A stretch of 64,000 bases of DNA, taken from assembly GCA_024683475.1 (NCBI GenBank), contig JAIKYG010000003.1, positions 10,447 through 74,446 on the forward strand. Reading direction: 5' to 3'. The notes under the pieces are model-generated. The model had not been told where the DNA came from and did no database searches. It was given only the letters and a program-made list of their open reading frames with translations. Each line of letters opens with the position of its first letter. The first letter of the stretch is position 1. Position numbers and translations under genes: made by a program. Origin of the DNA: Clostridiales bacterium. GTDB taxonomy: Bacteria > Bacillota > Clostridia > Christensenellales > Aristaeellaceae. Below, piece by piece: positions 8,999-19,200 of this stretch.

Positions 8999-10006
8999 TT
9001 ACTTGCTTATCAACAGCTCCAGTATCTCAACGGCGTTGGTGGCGGCGCCTTTCCTTATCTGATCTCCGCAGCACCAGAGACAAACGCCTTTATTCCCGTT
9101 TATAAGATCCCTGCGCACGCGTCCGACATATACAAGATCCTGATCGCTGACATCCAGCGGCGTCGGATAGTTCCTGCCGTTTATATCATCGGCAAGCACG
9201 CAGCCGGGTGCGTTTTTGATAGCGGTCTTTATTTCGTCGATCGACACTTCCCTGTCGAGCTTCAGCTGAACGCTGATGGAGTGCGAACGGATAACGGGTA
9301 TACGCACGCAGGTGCAGCACACTTTGAGTTCCGGAAGATGCATGATCTTTCGTCCTTCGTTCTGCATCTTCATTTCTTCGGTCGTATAATCGTTGTCAAG
9401 TTCGCTGCCGATAAACGGGATCGCGTTGGAAAGGATCTGACACGGGAATACGCTGTGCGTCTTCTCTTCGCCGTTGTATTCCTGCTTCATCTGGGTTTCG
9501 AGCTCCACTATCCCTTCACGCCCCGCTCCGGATACGGCCTGGTAAGTGCAAGCAACCATTTCCTGTATGCCGGCGATCCTGGCAATGCCGCTTATCGCCA
9601 TCAGCGTAACTATGGTAGAACAGTTGGGGTTTGCGATAACGCCTTTATGCCTGAACGCGTCGTCTCCGTTTATCTGCGGTATCACCAGCGGTACGTCGTC
9701 GTCAAGACGGAACGCAGACGAATTGTCGATAAAGACAGCGCCGCTGTTTACTATCGCGGGCCTGAATTTCTGAGCCATGGCGTTGCTGACCGCGCCAAGC
9801 ACGAAATCCATGCCTTCAAACGAGTTTTCGCACGTTTCTTCAACTATGATCTCTCTGTCTCCGCAATACACCTTTTTGCCTGCGCTGGAAGCGCTGGCAA
9901 GGGCTTTTACGGTTCCGAGAGGTATATTGCGTTCGGCAAGGACCTTAAGCATCTGCTGGCCTACGGCTCCGGTAGCGCCAAGTACTGCCACATTCCAATT
10001 CTTCAT
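8999..10006 (-). CDS. asd: aspartate-semialdehyde dehydrogenase
   Basis: VAVLGATGAVGQ NAD(P) fold and active-site IANPNCSTI are present. Confidence 0.9.
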   Translation of the reverse strand: MKNWNVAVLGATGAVGQQMLKVLAERNIPLGTVKALASASSAGKKVYCGDREIIVEETCENSFEGMDFVLGAVSNAMAQKFRPAIVNSGAVFIDNSSAFRLDDDVPLVIPQINGDDAFRHKGVIANPNCSTIVTLMAISGIARIAGIQEMVACTYQAVSGAGREGIVELETQMKQEYNGEEKTHSVFPCQILSNAIPFIGSELDNDYTTEEMKMQNEGRKIMHLPELKVCCTCVRIPVIRSHSISVQLKLDREVSIDEIKTAIKNAPGCVLADDINGRNYPTPLDVSDQDLVYVGRVRRDLINGNKGVCLWCCGDQIRKGAATNAVEILELLISK

Positions 10007-10018
10007 ATAAGATCTCCT

Positions 10019-11146
10019 TTACAATACCATTATAAAGCCTTTGTTCTGCTTGATATATTCGAGCGGGATATCGTCCAGCCTCGTCGGCAAAGTCTCTATC
10101 TGCTTATATTCTCCCGCGTCGATCGTCTGCCTGACGGAAAGCGCTGGATCATCGCAGTTCTTCGGCAGACGAACATAATAACTGTTTTCTGCGCCGTTAA
10201 CGACTTTGCCGTCCGTAAGCGTATCCGGGAACATGCACATTCGTCCGCCCGATATGCTGATAATATCCTTAACGATATTTGCGGCCGTGGGAAGGCTTCC
10301 CGCGCCCTGTCCGTTAAACCCGAAAAGTCCGGATTTCTCCGCCTTGTACCAGGCGTAGTTAACGTTGGAACATATGGACGCTTCAGGCGCCGAAGCGCAG
10401 AACATTCCGGGTAAGACCCGGGCTTCAAGCTCATTATTGTCATGCAGGCAGGCGTAAGCCGTCAGCCTTATCACCTTGCCGTTTTCTTTTGCGTACTTAA
10501 TGTCGGCTTCGTTTATGTTCGATATGCCGGAACAGATTATCTGCTCTTCGGAGATTTTAAGACCGTACGCCACAGCGCAGGACAGTATAAGTTTGCGGGC
10601 GGTATCGAAACCCTCGATATCGCTGGTGGGATCCTTTTCCGCATAGCCAAGGCTCTGGGCTTTCTTTAACGCCTCATCAAAGCTGATGTCGTTTGTCTGA
10701 AGCTGGTCGAGAGTGTAATTGGTAGTACCGTTCAGTATCCCGCCGAGTTCGCATACGCGGTCTATAAACTGCGTTTGCTGCAGGTTGGTCAGATAAGGGA
10801 TTCCCCCGCCGCACGCCGCGCTGAACAAAAACGCTTTATGATTATCACGGGCGGTTTGGTTAAGCTCCGAAGCGCAGGTGCTGACCAGCAGTTTATTCGC
10901 GGTAACTACATGCTTTCCTTTATTAAGGCACTCAAGCACGTATTTGCGGGCAGGTTCAACTCCGCCCATGGTTTCGACCACGAGCTCGATCTCCGGATCA
11001 TCTGAGATCTCGTAAAAATCCGTCGTCATCAGATCGTTCCATTTTCTCAGATCAAGGATGCGCTTGACTGAAATGTCGGTGCGACCGGAAAGCAGTTCAA
11101 AAACTCCTCTTCCGATGGTGCCAAAGCCTAAAATCGCTATTTTCAT
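10019..11146 (-). CDS. hom: homoserine dehydrogenase
   Basis: MKIAILGFGTIGRGV Rossmann N-terminus, GKHVVTANKLLVS, and the catalytic-domain pattern ...AEKDPTSDIEGFD. It lies 12 nt upstream of asd. Confidence 0.85.
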   Translation of the reverse strand: MKIAILGFGTIGRGVFELLSGRTDISVKRILDLRKWNDLMTTDFYEISDDPEIELVVETMGGVEPARKYVLECLNKGKHVVTANKLLVSTCASELNQTARDNHKAFLFSAACGGGIPYLTNLQQTQFIDRVCELGGILNGTTNYTLDQLQTNDISFDEALKKAQSLGYAEKDPTSDIEGFDTARKLILSCAVAYGLKISEEQIICSGISNINEADIKYAKENGKVIRLTAYACLHDNNELEARVLPGMFCASAPEASICSNVNYAWYKAEKSGLFGFNGQGAGSLPTAANIVKDIISISGGRMCMFPDTLTDGKVVNGAENSYYVRLPKNCDDPALSVRQTIDAGEYKQIETLPTRLDDIPLEYIKQNKGFIMVL

Positions 11147-11253
11147 ATTGCTTCACCAAACTTAACAGTATTGTCGAAGATAAACACTTGCCATTATACT
11201 TTATAGATTGTATCATAAATGAGGCCATTTTACAATACAAAGGATCATATTTT

Positions 11254-12126
11254 ATGTTTACGATAATGTATAATCCGTCTGCCGGAAAGAAAAATATCGC
11301 CTCTCTGCTTGAAAAGGTTCAAAGCGAGCTTGATAGCCGGCACATTGAATATACCGTGTTTAATATAATGGATAACCTGGAAACGGAACGGTATTCCTCT
11401 GTTCCCTCCGGTATCGATGATACCGTCTGCGTGCTCGGAGGCGACGGAACCGTTTTGCATACGTTTAATAAGCTACAAGGCGACAGCTTCAGGCTGATAA
11501 TCGTGCCGTGCGGTACAGGAAACGATTTTATTAAAACTCTCGGTCTTCCCAAGGATCCCATGAAGGCATTCCTTATGCAATTAGATGGCTCAGAAAATAA
11601 TATCGACTATCTGTTAGCCAACGGCAGACGCTTCATGAATGTTATGGGCGCAGGTTTCGACGTGAATGTGTTATGCAAGCTAAACGCATTCAAGCACAAA
11701 TTCAGCGGTCTTAAAGCTTACCTTATGGCGGTCATCCAGGCAGTAAAGGAATACTCCCCCGTCGAATTTGAGATCAGCGCAGACGACGGGGATGTTATCA
11801 AAAAACGGCTGTCGATAATATCCGCAGGAAACGGCAAGTATTTCGGCGGTGGTATGAAGGCGGTTCCCGGCGCCGTGCCCGACGACGGTTTTATAGACGT
11901 TGTGGAAGTCAGAGCCATCAAACGCTGGCAGCTTATGTTCCTGCTTCCTCTGTTTGTCGCGGGGCTGCATATAAAATGCGGCCTTGGCACGACATACAGG
12001 TGCAAGTCGCTAAAAGTGAGTTCTTCGAATATGACGTATCAGCTTGACGGAGAGATATTCAGCGGCGATAAAGTGGAAATAAAGCTTGTTTCGGGAAGGC
12101 TGAAGGCGAGCAAAGGAACGTTGTAA
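11254..12126 (+). CDS. diacylglycerol/lipid kinase family protein (YegS/DagK-like)
   Basis: MYNPSAGKK, GGDGTV and PCGTGNDF motifs are present. Confidence 0.8.
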   Translation: MFTIMYNPSAGKKNIASLLEKVQSELDSRHIEYTVFNIMDNLETERYSSVPSGIDDTVCVLGGDGTVLHTFNKLQGDSFRLIIVPCGTGNDFIKTLGLPKDPMKAFLMQLDGSENNIDYLLANGRRFMNVMGAGFDVNVLCKLNAFKHKFSGLKAYLMAVIQAVKEYSPVEFEISADDGDVIKKRLSIISAGNGKYFGGGMKAVPGAVPDDGFIDVVEVRAIKRWQLMFLLPLFVAGLHIKCGLGTTYRCKSLKVSSSNMTYQLDGEIFSGDKVEIKLVSGRLKASKGTL

Positions 12127-12129
12127 TGA

Positions 12130-12822
12130 TTATGACGCTTCCAGACAGTCGCTTTCAACAAGGTTGATTGCGGAAAACGCATTATCGCCCAGCATGTTAA
12201 GCGAGCCGTGCGGAGCGTTCAGCATGGTTTCCAAGACGTAATTGTAGGTATCGATTTTTTCACGGAGCTGTTTTGCGGTCTCGACTACGTCACGTGATGA
12301 TGATATCAGCTGCGCTGCGTCGTCGGTAAGGCAGTATATATGGTTAAGGATTATCCTGCCCAGTTCTTCCGAATATCTGATGTAGAAAACTTTCTTCTCT
12401 ATTCCCTCCTGGATCGCGTCGTTCACTATCTCGCTCATGAGGCTGACGCCGCTGATCTTTATATGGTCACGCAGCATCACGTTGCCTTCGATATACGCAA
12501 CGCGCAGCATTATGGCGATATATTCCTCCGAAGGGTCGTTCAGAAAACTGCAAAAAGAAAAAACACAGTTCAGCTTATCGATAGCGTGCAGATCCCCTTC
12601 CGAAATCGCTTTCATGCAGTTTTCGGCGCTGCTTTCGACACGCTGCTGGCTGATGGCGTCAAGCAAAGACAGCTTGCTTTCAAAATGATGGTAGAACCCG
12701 CCCTTGGACAGTTTGAGCGCGTCAAGCACATCCTGTATGGATGTGTTTTCATAGCCTTTCGTATAGAACAGTTGTTCGGCAGTCTGTATTATAGCTGCTT
12801 TGCGAATATCGCCCTTGCGCAC
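12130..12822 (-). CDS. TetR/AcrR family transcriptional regulator
   Basis: N-terminal HTH (TSIQDVLDALKLSKGGFYHHFESK). GTG start behind GGATGGTGAG. Confidence 0.85.
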   Translation of the reverse strand: MRKGDIRKAAIIQTAEQLFYTKGYENTSIQDVLDALKLSKGGFYHHFESKLSLLDAISQQRVESSAENCMKAISEGDLHAIDKLNCVFSFCSFLNDPSEEYIAIMLRVAYIEGNVMLRDHIKISGVSLMSEIVNDAIQEGIEKKVFYIRYSEELGRIILNHIYCLTDDAAQLISSSRDVVETAKQLREKIDTYNYVLETMLNAPHGSLNMLGDNAFSAINLVESDCLEAS

Positions 12823-12836
12823 TTAGCTCACCATCC

Positions 12837-12892
12837 AATAAATACATACCAAAGTCTGTATTTATTATACAAAACCGAACAAAGTCTGTCAA
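12837..12892 (-). promoter_or_regulatory. promoter of the TetR gene with overlapping palindromic operator candidate
   Basis: On the minus strand: TTGACA (12887-12892), 17 nt, TATAAT (12864-12869). A 10-bp perfect inverted repeat AATAAATACA/TGTATTTATT (12837-12846 and 12857-12866) overlaps the -10/+1 region. Confidence 0.6.
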
Positions 12893-12931
12893 TATGTTTA
12901 CGACAATTTAAGAAATTATTACAAAATTATT

Positions 12932-14395
12932 TCAATCATCAAACAACAGTTTCTCGGCAAAAATGTCTTCAAACTCTTCCTGCGCCGAAAGATCTATATA
13001 TGCGGTGTTTTTGCGCAGTTTCTCTGCAGTATTTCTGTACTCCTGGCTTAGGAGCATCATTTTCGCACCGTCGCCCGCCGCGTTTCCAACGGGCACTATC
13101 CGCCCGTTCAATTCTTGCGGAAGCAATCCTATATCACAAGCCGTATCGATGCTTATATACGTCCCGAACCCTCCGGCGAGATAGACTTTATCAATATCAC
13201 TTACGTTTATGCCGTCGCTTTCGGCCAGTATTTCCACGCTGGAAGCGATCGCCGCTTTGGCGAGCTGGATCTCGCGAATATCCTCCGGAGCGATATATAC
13301 GGAGTCGCATATGTAAAACTTGTCTTTCATCCTGCCCTTAAAATCTATCTCCTCTTTCTTGAGCAGGCACGCTACCGCGTCGACGATGCCGCTTCCGCAT
13401 ATGCCGCAGGGCTTTTCCCCGCCGATCGTGGAAAAAGCTATTTTACCGTCTTCAAGTTTTACATGGTCGATAGCGCCCGAAACGCCGCCGATACCGCAGG
13501 CGATATGCGCGCCTTCGAATGCGGGACCTGCCGCACATGAACAGGCGTATATGCGGTCGTTTCGCTTAAGCGCTATCTCGCCGTTGGTTCCGATGTCTAT
13601 TAGCATAACGGTTTCGTCTGTTTCGTCAAAACCGCACGCCAGCATAGCTGCGACGGTGTCCGCACCGACATAGCCCGAAATGCATCCGCCGAATACCGCG
13701 GGGATGCCGTAATAATCCCTGATATGTTCAGCTGTATAATCCGGGAGGTACGGGGCTTTCGATATACCCAGCGTACCGTAACTGCCGGTAAGATGCATGA
13801 TGGTCGTGTTACCGACAAGAGCGAGCTTTTTGATGACCTGATTTTCGAGACCGGCAGCCTTAAGCATTTCTTTGCTTAAGCACGTGACCGCAGTGTGTAT
13901 CTCATCCGCGAGCATGTCCGCATTTCCCGCTGCCGCATTCGAGAACATTATCCTGCTTATGACGTCAGCGCCGTGAGATCTCTGCGGGTTCAGCATTGAC
14001 CTGGACGCCAGGACGCGCCCGCTGTCAAGCTTGCACAGATAGGCGGCGACCGTGGTCGTACCTATATCCACGGCAACTCCCAGTCCCGATTCAGAATCGG
14101 TTTTGTACTGCCTTTGTGTGCCTTCGAGCTGTATTTGCGCAGCATGCTCCGCGCGCTGTATGGTGCAGTCGCCGTTTATTGTTGTCTTACAGCACAGACA
14201 GGTGCCGTCCGGGTCGGTAGCGATCATACCGGAGGCTTTTACCCTGCACTTTCCGCACTTCCCCTGCCCGCCGCAGGGCGCCTGAATGGAAACGCCGGCT
14301 TTTATGAGCGCGGAATACAGGGTCTCACCTATTTCTCCGCTTATTATTCTTTCAGCTTCGCCTTTTGCGTTTAGCAGCGTTATTTCGCACTTCAT
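12932..14395 (-). CDS. [2Fe-2S] ferredoxin domain + ASKHA ATPase (DUF4445, RACo-like reductive activase family)
   Basis: N-terminal plant-type ferredoxin motif CGGQGKCGKCRV is followed directly by the ASKHA phosphate-1 motif GVAVDIGTTTV and later IDIGTNGE. It is shorter than the roughly 630-aa RACo proteins, since no middle domain is evident. Confidence 0.75.
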   Translation of the reverse strand: MKCEITLLNAKGEAERIISGEIGETLYSALIKAGVSIQAPCGGQGKCGKCRVKASGMIATDPDGTCLCCKTTINGDCTIQRAEHAAQIQLEGTQRQYKTDSESGLGVAVDIGTTTVAAYLCKLDSGRVLASRSMLNPQRSHGADVISRIMFSNAAAGNADMLADEIHTAVTCLSKEMLKAAGLENQVIKKLALVGNTTIMHLTGSYGTLGISKAPYLPDYTAEHIRDYYGIPAVFGGCISGYVGADTVAAMLACGFDETDETVMLIDIGTNGEIALKRNDRIYACSCAAGPAFEGAHIACGIGGVSGAIDHVKLEDGKIAFSTIGGEKPCGICGSGIVDAVACLLKKEEIDFKGRMKDKFYICDSVYIAPEDIREIQLAKAAIASSVEILAESDGINVSDIDKVYLAGGFGTYISIDTACDIGLLPQELNGRIVPVGNAAGDGAKMMLLSQEYRNTAEKLRKNTAYIDLSAQEEFEDIFAEKLLFDD

Positions 14396-16235
14396 TGTCT
14401 TTTCTCCCGTCGGCTCTTGACTTATGCTGAGGAATGGATACCGTATCTCTTATCAAACACTTCGGAGATTTGCCGATCAGATCATATCTTCCCGCCTTTT
14501 TGAGCGCCTCAAGCACCAGGTCATGGTTTTCGGGAAGATTGTAGTGTATAAGCGCCCTCTGCAGCGCCTTGTTGTGCAGGTTTTTGGCCACATACACCTT
14601 TTTCATACTGCGGGGATCGCAGCCGGTATAGTACATGCAGGTAGACAGCGTTCCGGGCGTGGGATAAAAATCCTGTACCTGTTCTGGATGAAGGTGCGTA
14701 TCCCTGAGGTATTCCGCAAGCATGATCGCGTCCTTAAGCGTACAGCCCGGATGGCTGCTCATGAAGTAAGGCACTATAAACTGCTGTTTATTGTATTTGC
14801 GGTTTGCTTTTTCGTATTTATCCCGGAATTCTTCGAACACTTCCTTGCCGGGCTTGCCCATATAGTAGAGCACATTCGGCGATATATGTTCGGGAGCGAC
14901 TTTGAGCTGACCGCTAATATGATGCTGCACCAGCTCGTCCATAAGCGAGTTGTTTTTGTCCAACATCATATAATCATACCTGATGCCACTGCGTACGAAC
15001 ACTTTTTTCACCTTCGGAAGCGCGCGTATGGCTTTCAGTATATCGATGTATTCCTTATGATCGGCGTTTATGTTGGGGCACGGCTTCGGGAAAAGGCACT
15101 GCCTGTTTTCGCAGGTGCCGTGCTTTAACTGTTTATCGCAGGACGGGTGCCTGAAGTTCGCCGTAGGTCCGCCCACGTCGTGTATATATCCTTTGAAATT
15201 CGGCTGCTGTGTGAGCAGTTTTGCCTCGTCCAGAAGCGAATCCCTGCTGCGGGAGCTGACTATCCTGCCCTGGTGAAAGGTTATTGCGCAGAAACTGCAG
15301 GAACCAAAGCAGCCTCTTTCCGACACCAGGGAGAACTCGACTTCCTTTAAGGCGGGCACACCTCCGCTTTTTTTGTACATGGGATGCCATTTTCTTGTGT
15401 ACTTCAGAGCATACGTGTAGTCGATTTCCTTTGTAGAAAGGGGCTTGGCGGGTATGTTCTGTATGACATAATGGTTCTGATGCTTTTGCGCCAGCTTTTT
15501 GCCGCGGATGGGATCCTGGGTGTTGTATTCCAGCATGAAAGCGCGGCAGTACGCGGTTTTGTCTTTTATAACTTCTTCTGCGGACGGCAGTTCCGTGGCG
15601 TCGGACGGGAGATTCTTTGCCAGCACGCAGGTCCCGGGGATCCTGCAGGCTTCGTACGGCAGCCCGCTTTCGGCAAATTCGGCCACTTCAAGTATGGTCC
15701 TCTCACCCATGCCGTACATAAGGATATTGATGCCGCTGTCAACAAGCACGGAGGAACGCACCTTATCGTCCCAATAATCGTAATGGGCAAACCTTCTTAG
15801 AGATGCTTCAACCCCTCCGGCTGCGATAAATATATCGCCGAACGCTTCCCTTATGCGGTTCGCGTATACGATAAGCGCCCTGTCCGGCCGTTTGCCGCCT
15901 ATCCCGCCGGGCGAGTAGACGTCGTCGTGCCTGCGCTTTTTTGCGGCGGTATAGTTGTTGACCATGCTGTCGACCACGCCTGTTCCGATAAGAAAACCGA
16001 GCCTCGGCTGTCCGAAGCGCTTGAAGTCCTCGCAGGAATGATAATCCGGCTGCGGCAGCATGCACACCCTGTAACCGGCATTCTCGAGCACTCTCGATAT
16101 GATGGCATGGCCAAAGGAAGGATGGTCAACATACGCGTCGCCGCTTACATACACAAAATCGGGCTGTTCCCAGCCGAGGGACAGCATTTCAGCTTTTGTG
16201 ACGGGCAAAAACCCTTGTTTCAATCCTTCTGTCAT
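14352..16235 (-). CDS. ygiQ: YgiQ family radical SAM protein (UPF0313)
   Basis: N-terminus LPVTKAEM..LGWEQPDFVYVSGDAYVDHPSFG, radical-SAM cluster motif CFGSCSFC and a basic C-terminal tail. Its last 44 nt overlap the next gene. Confidence 0.85.
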   Translation of the reverse strand: MTEGLKQGFLPVTKAEMLSLGWEQPDFVYVSGDAYVDHPSFGHAIISRVLENAGYRVCMLPQPDYHSCEDFKRFGQPRLGFLIGTGVVDSMVNNYTAAKKRRHDDVYSPGGIGGKRPDRALIVYANRIREAFGDIFIAAGGVEASLRRFAHYDYWDDKVRSSVLVDSGINILMYGMGERTILEVAEFAESGLPYEACRIPGTCVLAKNLPSDATELPSAEEVIKDKTAYCRAFMLEYNTQDPIRGKKLAQKHQNHYVIQNIPAKPLSTKEIDYTYALKYTRKWHPMYKKSGGVPALKEVEFSLVSERGCFGSCSFCAITFHQGRIVSSRSRDSLLDEAKLLTQQPNFKGYIHDVGGPTANFRHPSCDKQLKHGTCENRQCLFPKPCPNINADHKEYIDILKAIRALPKVKKVFVRSGIRYDYMMLDKNNSLMDELVQHHISGQLKVAPEHISPNVLYYMGKPGKEVFEEFRDKYEKANRKYNKQQFIVPYFMSSHPGCTLKDAIMLAEYLRDTHLHPEQVQDFYPTPGTLSTCMYYTGCDPRSMKKVYVAKNLHNKALQRALIHYNLPENHDLVLEALKKAGRYDLIGKSPKCLIRDTVSIPQHKSRADGRKDNEVRNNAAKRKRRS

Positions 16236-16247
16236 ATCGTTTATACT

Positions 16248-19200
16248 CTATTTTACCTGCATCCTGTCGTATAGCGCGTTGAGCGCGTCCGCGCAGCTGA
16301 CGATGAGCTTTTCTATGGGCTGCCTGGGCTGCGTATACGCGATGATCCCTCTCTGTTTCGGCAGCAGTCTGAACCCGCTGTCCTGCTTAAGCGCGTCGAG
16401 CAGGCGCATTACGTCGAAATCGCCTTCCTGGGAGAAGCGCAGCAGCAGCATATCGTTTTTATAGTTCACGTTGTCTATGAACATTCTTTCGCAGGCGGTC
16501 TTGAGCAGGGATATGTTGATCAGGTTCATGACGGGCTTATCCGGATCGCCGAACCTGTCGATCAGTTCGTCGATCACGTCGTCCCTGATCTGCTTGTTAT
16601 CGATCTCGGCGATGCGCTTGTACATTTCTATTCTTGTGGAGTCGCTGGTCACGTAATCCGTAGGCAGATAGGCGTCAATGGCGATGTCGATCTTAGCGGA
16701 GACCTGCGTGCGCTGTGTGGTGCCCTGCATTTCCCTTATCGCTTCGTCTATCATCTTTACATACAGGTCGTAACCGACCGCAGCCATATGTCCGCTTTGC
16801 TCGGCGCCCAGTATGTTGCCGGTACCGCGGATCTCCAGGTCGCGCATCGCTACGCGGAAACCGCTGCCGAATTCGGTAAACTCCCTGATGGCATTCAGGC
16901 GTTTTTCCGCATCCTGCGTCAGTATCTTATTGGGATTGACCGTTAGGTAAGCGTAAGCGATCCTGTTGGAACGCCCCACTCTGCCTCTTAACTGATACAG
17001 CTGCGACAGGCCGAATCTGTCCGCGTCACAGACGATCAGCGTGTTCGCCCTGGGTACGTCTAGACCCGCCTCTATTATCGTGGAACACAGAAGCACGTCA
17101 AACTTGCCGTCATAGAAGTCCAGCATGACGTCTTCAAGGTTGTGCTCCCGCATCTGTCCGTGCGCTATGGCTATCCGGGCTTCGGGGACCAGGCGTTTGA
17201 GCCTGCTGAATACGATCTCTATCGACTGCACGCGGTTGTACAGCATGTATACCTGTCCGCCGCGGGAAAGCTCCCTGAGTATGGCGTCTCTGACCAGGCT
17301 GTCGGAGTATTCCACCACATAAGTCTGTATCGGGAAACGCTCTTCCGGAGGCGTTTTCAGTATGGACATATCCCTTATGCCGACCATGGACATATGCAGC
17401 GTGCGGGGAATGGGCGTCGCGGAAAGGGTCAGTACGTCCACGCTTTTCTTGTACTGCTTTATAGCCTCTTTGTGCGATACGCCGAAACGCTGTTCCTCGT
17501 CCACGACAAGCAGGCCGAGATCCTTATACTCGATATCCTTGCCGAGCAGCCGGTGCGTACCGATTATGAAATCGATCTCGCCGGTCTTAAGCTTGGCAAT
17601 GACTTCTTTCTGCTCGGACGGGCTTTTGAAACGGCTTAATGTGTCTATTTTGACCGGGAAAGCGCTGAAGCGGTTGAGCGCCGTGGCGTAATGCTGCTGG
17701 ACAAGAATCGTGGTAGGCGCAAGCAGTACAGCCTGCTTTCCTTCCATCACGCATTTGAATACGGCTCTTAACGCCACTTCGGTTTTGCCGTAGCCTACGT
17801 CGCCGCACAGAAGCCTGTCCATTACGCGGGGGCGTTCCATGTCGCGTTTGATCTCTTCCGTCGCCACGACCTGGTCCGGGGTTTCTTCAAACGGGAACGC
17901 ATCCTCGAATTCCTTCTGCCAGGGAGTATCTGGAGAAAAAGCGTAACCCGGGGCGGAAGTCCTTTCGGCGTACAGTTTTATCAGATCGCCCGCGATCTCT
18001 CTGATCGCTTTTCTGACACGGGATTTCTGTTTTTGCCATTCCCCGCCGGACAAGTGGTTCAGCTTGGGCGCTTCGCCTTCGGAGCCTATGTACTTTTGTA
18101 CTCGGTCCATCTGGTCGGTGGGAACGTACAGTTTGTCCGTTCCGCCGTACCTGATATTCAGGAAGTCTCTGCTTCTGCCGTCCACCGTCATGCGGACAGT
18201 GCCCAAATACTGGCCGATACCGTGGTTTTCGTGTACGACGTAGTCTCCCACATTCAGCTGGATGAATGCGGAAGTCTTGTTTTGCGACGCCGCGGAAACA
18301 TTCTTTTTCTGCTTCTTTCGGCCAAACAGATCGTCTTCCGAAAACACGCACAGCGGTATTTCCGGGACAGAAAAGCCTCCGGAAAGGTTGATCGCCAGTA
18401 TGACCGGCACGGAAGGCTTGAGGTCGGTCGCTTTAGCTTCAATAAACGGGACTATTACGTTTTCGTCAGACAGCGCTTTGCTGAGCCTGACTCCTCTCGC
18501 CTCGCTGCCGGCAAGCAGGAGGACATAGGCTTTCTGCTCTTTCAGACGCTGTATCTCGGCAGCCAATTCCTTGACCTTGCCGTTAAACCCGATCGATGAT
18601 ACCGTGTTGAACTTGATCAGCTTTTCGGGCGGATAGTCCGTTTTGCTTCTCAGCATCATGTCGATCGTTATGACGCAGTGCTTTGAAACGGATTGCCTTA
18701 TCGTTTCGTAAGGGTTGTTGATCTCCGCCTGGAAAGGCAGCGCTTCGCCCCGTTCGAGAGAAGACTTATAGTTGAGTTCGAAATCTTCGGTCAGGCTGCG
18801 CAGTCGCTCTTTGATCCTGTCGGCATGTTCGATGACCACAGCTGCCGTCAAATCATAATCCGTTATAAGTTCGGTGTCTTTGCACAGCAGCGTAAGGAAG
18901 GAATAGTCGTAATCCAGCAGCACGGAGTTTTTGAGCGAATCCGCGATCGCGGAGAAGTGCCGTTCGTGAGCGGAACGCACCGTTTCCACGGAAGGGCGGC
19001 TGTTGTCGTTTTCTGCCTGGATAATCTCCCCTGTTTCGTCTTCGGTAGGCTTGGTTTCCTGCAAAAACTGTTCGTAAGGCTCGAGCCCAAACTGCCTTTC
19101 GAGTTCCCTCTGGCGCAGCTTGTTCTGGTAATCGTTGCGCTTTTTTACCGCTTTATAGATCTCTTCAGCGGCTTCTTCAGCTTCCTGCTTTGTAAACAGG

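Noticed and set aside
9281-10414. 377-aa plus-strand ORF
   Set aside because: It runs antisense across asd and hom, both of which have unmistakable motifs. Its translation is Arg/low-complexity rich with no motif. It is a typical shadow ORF.
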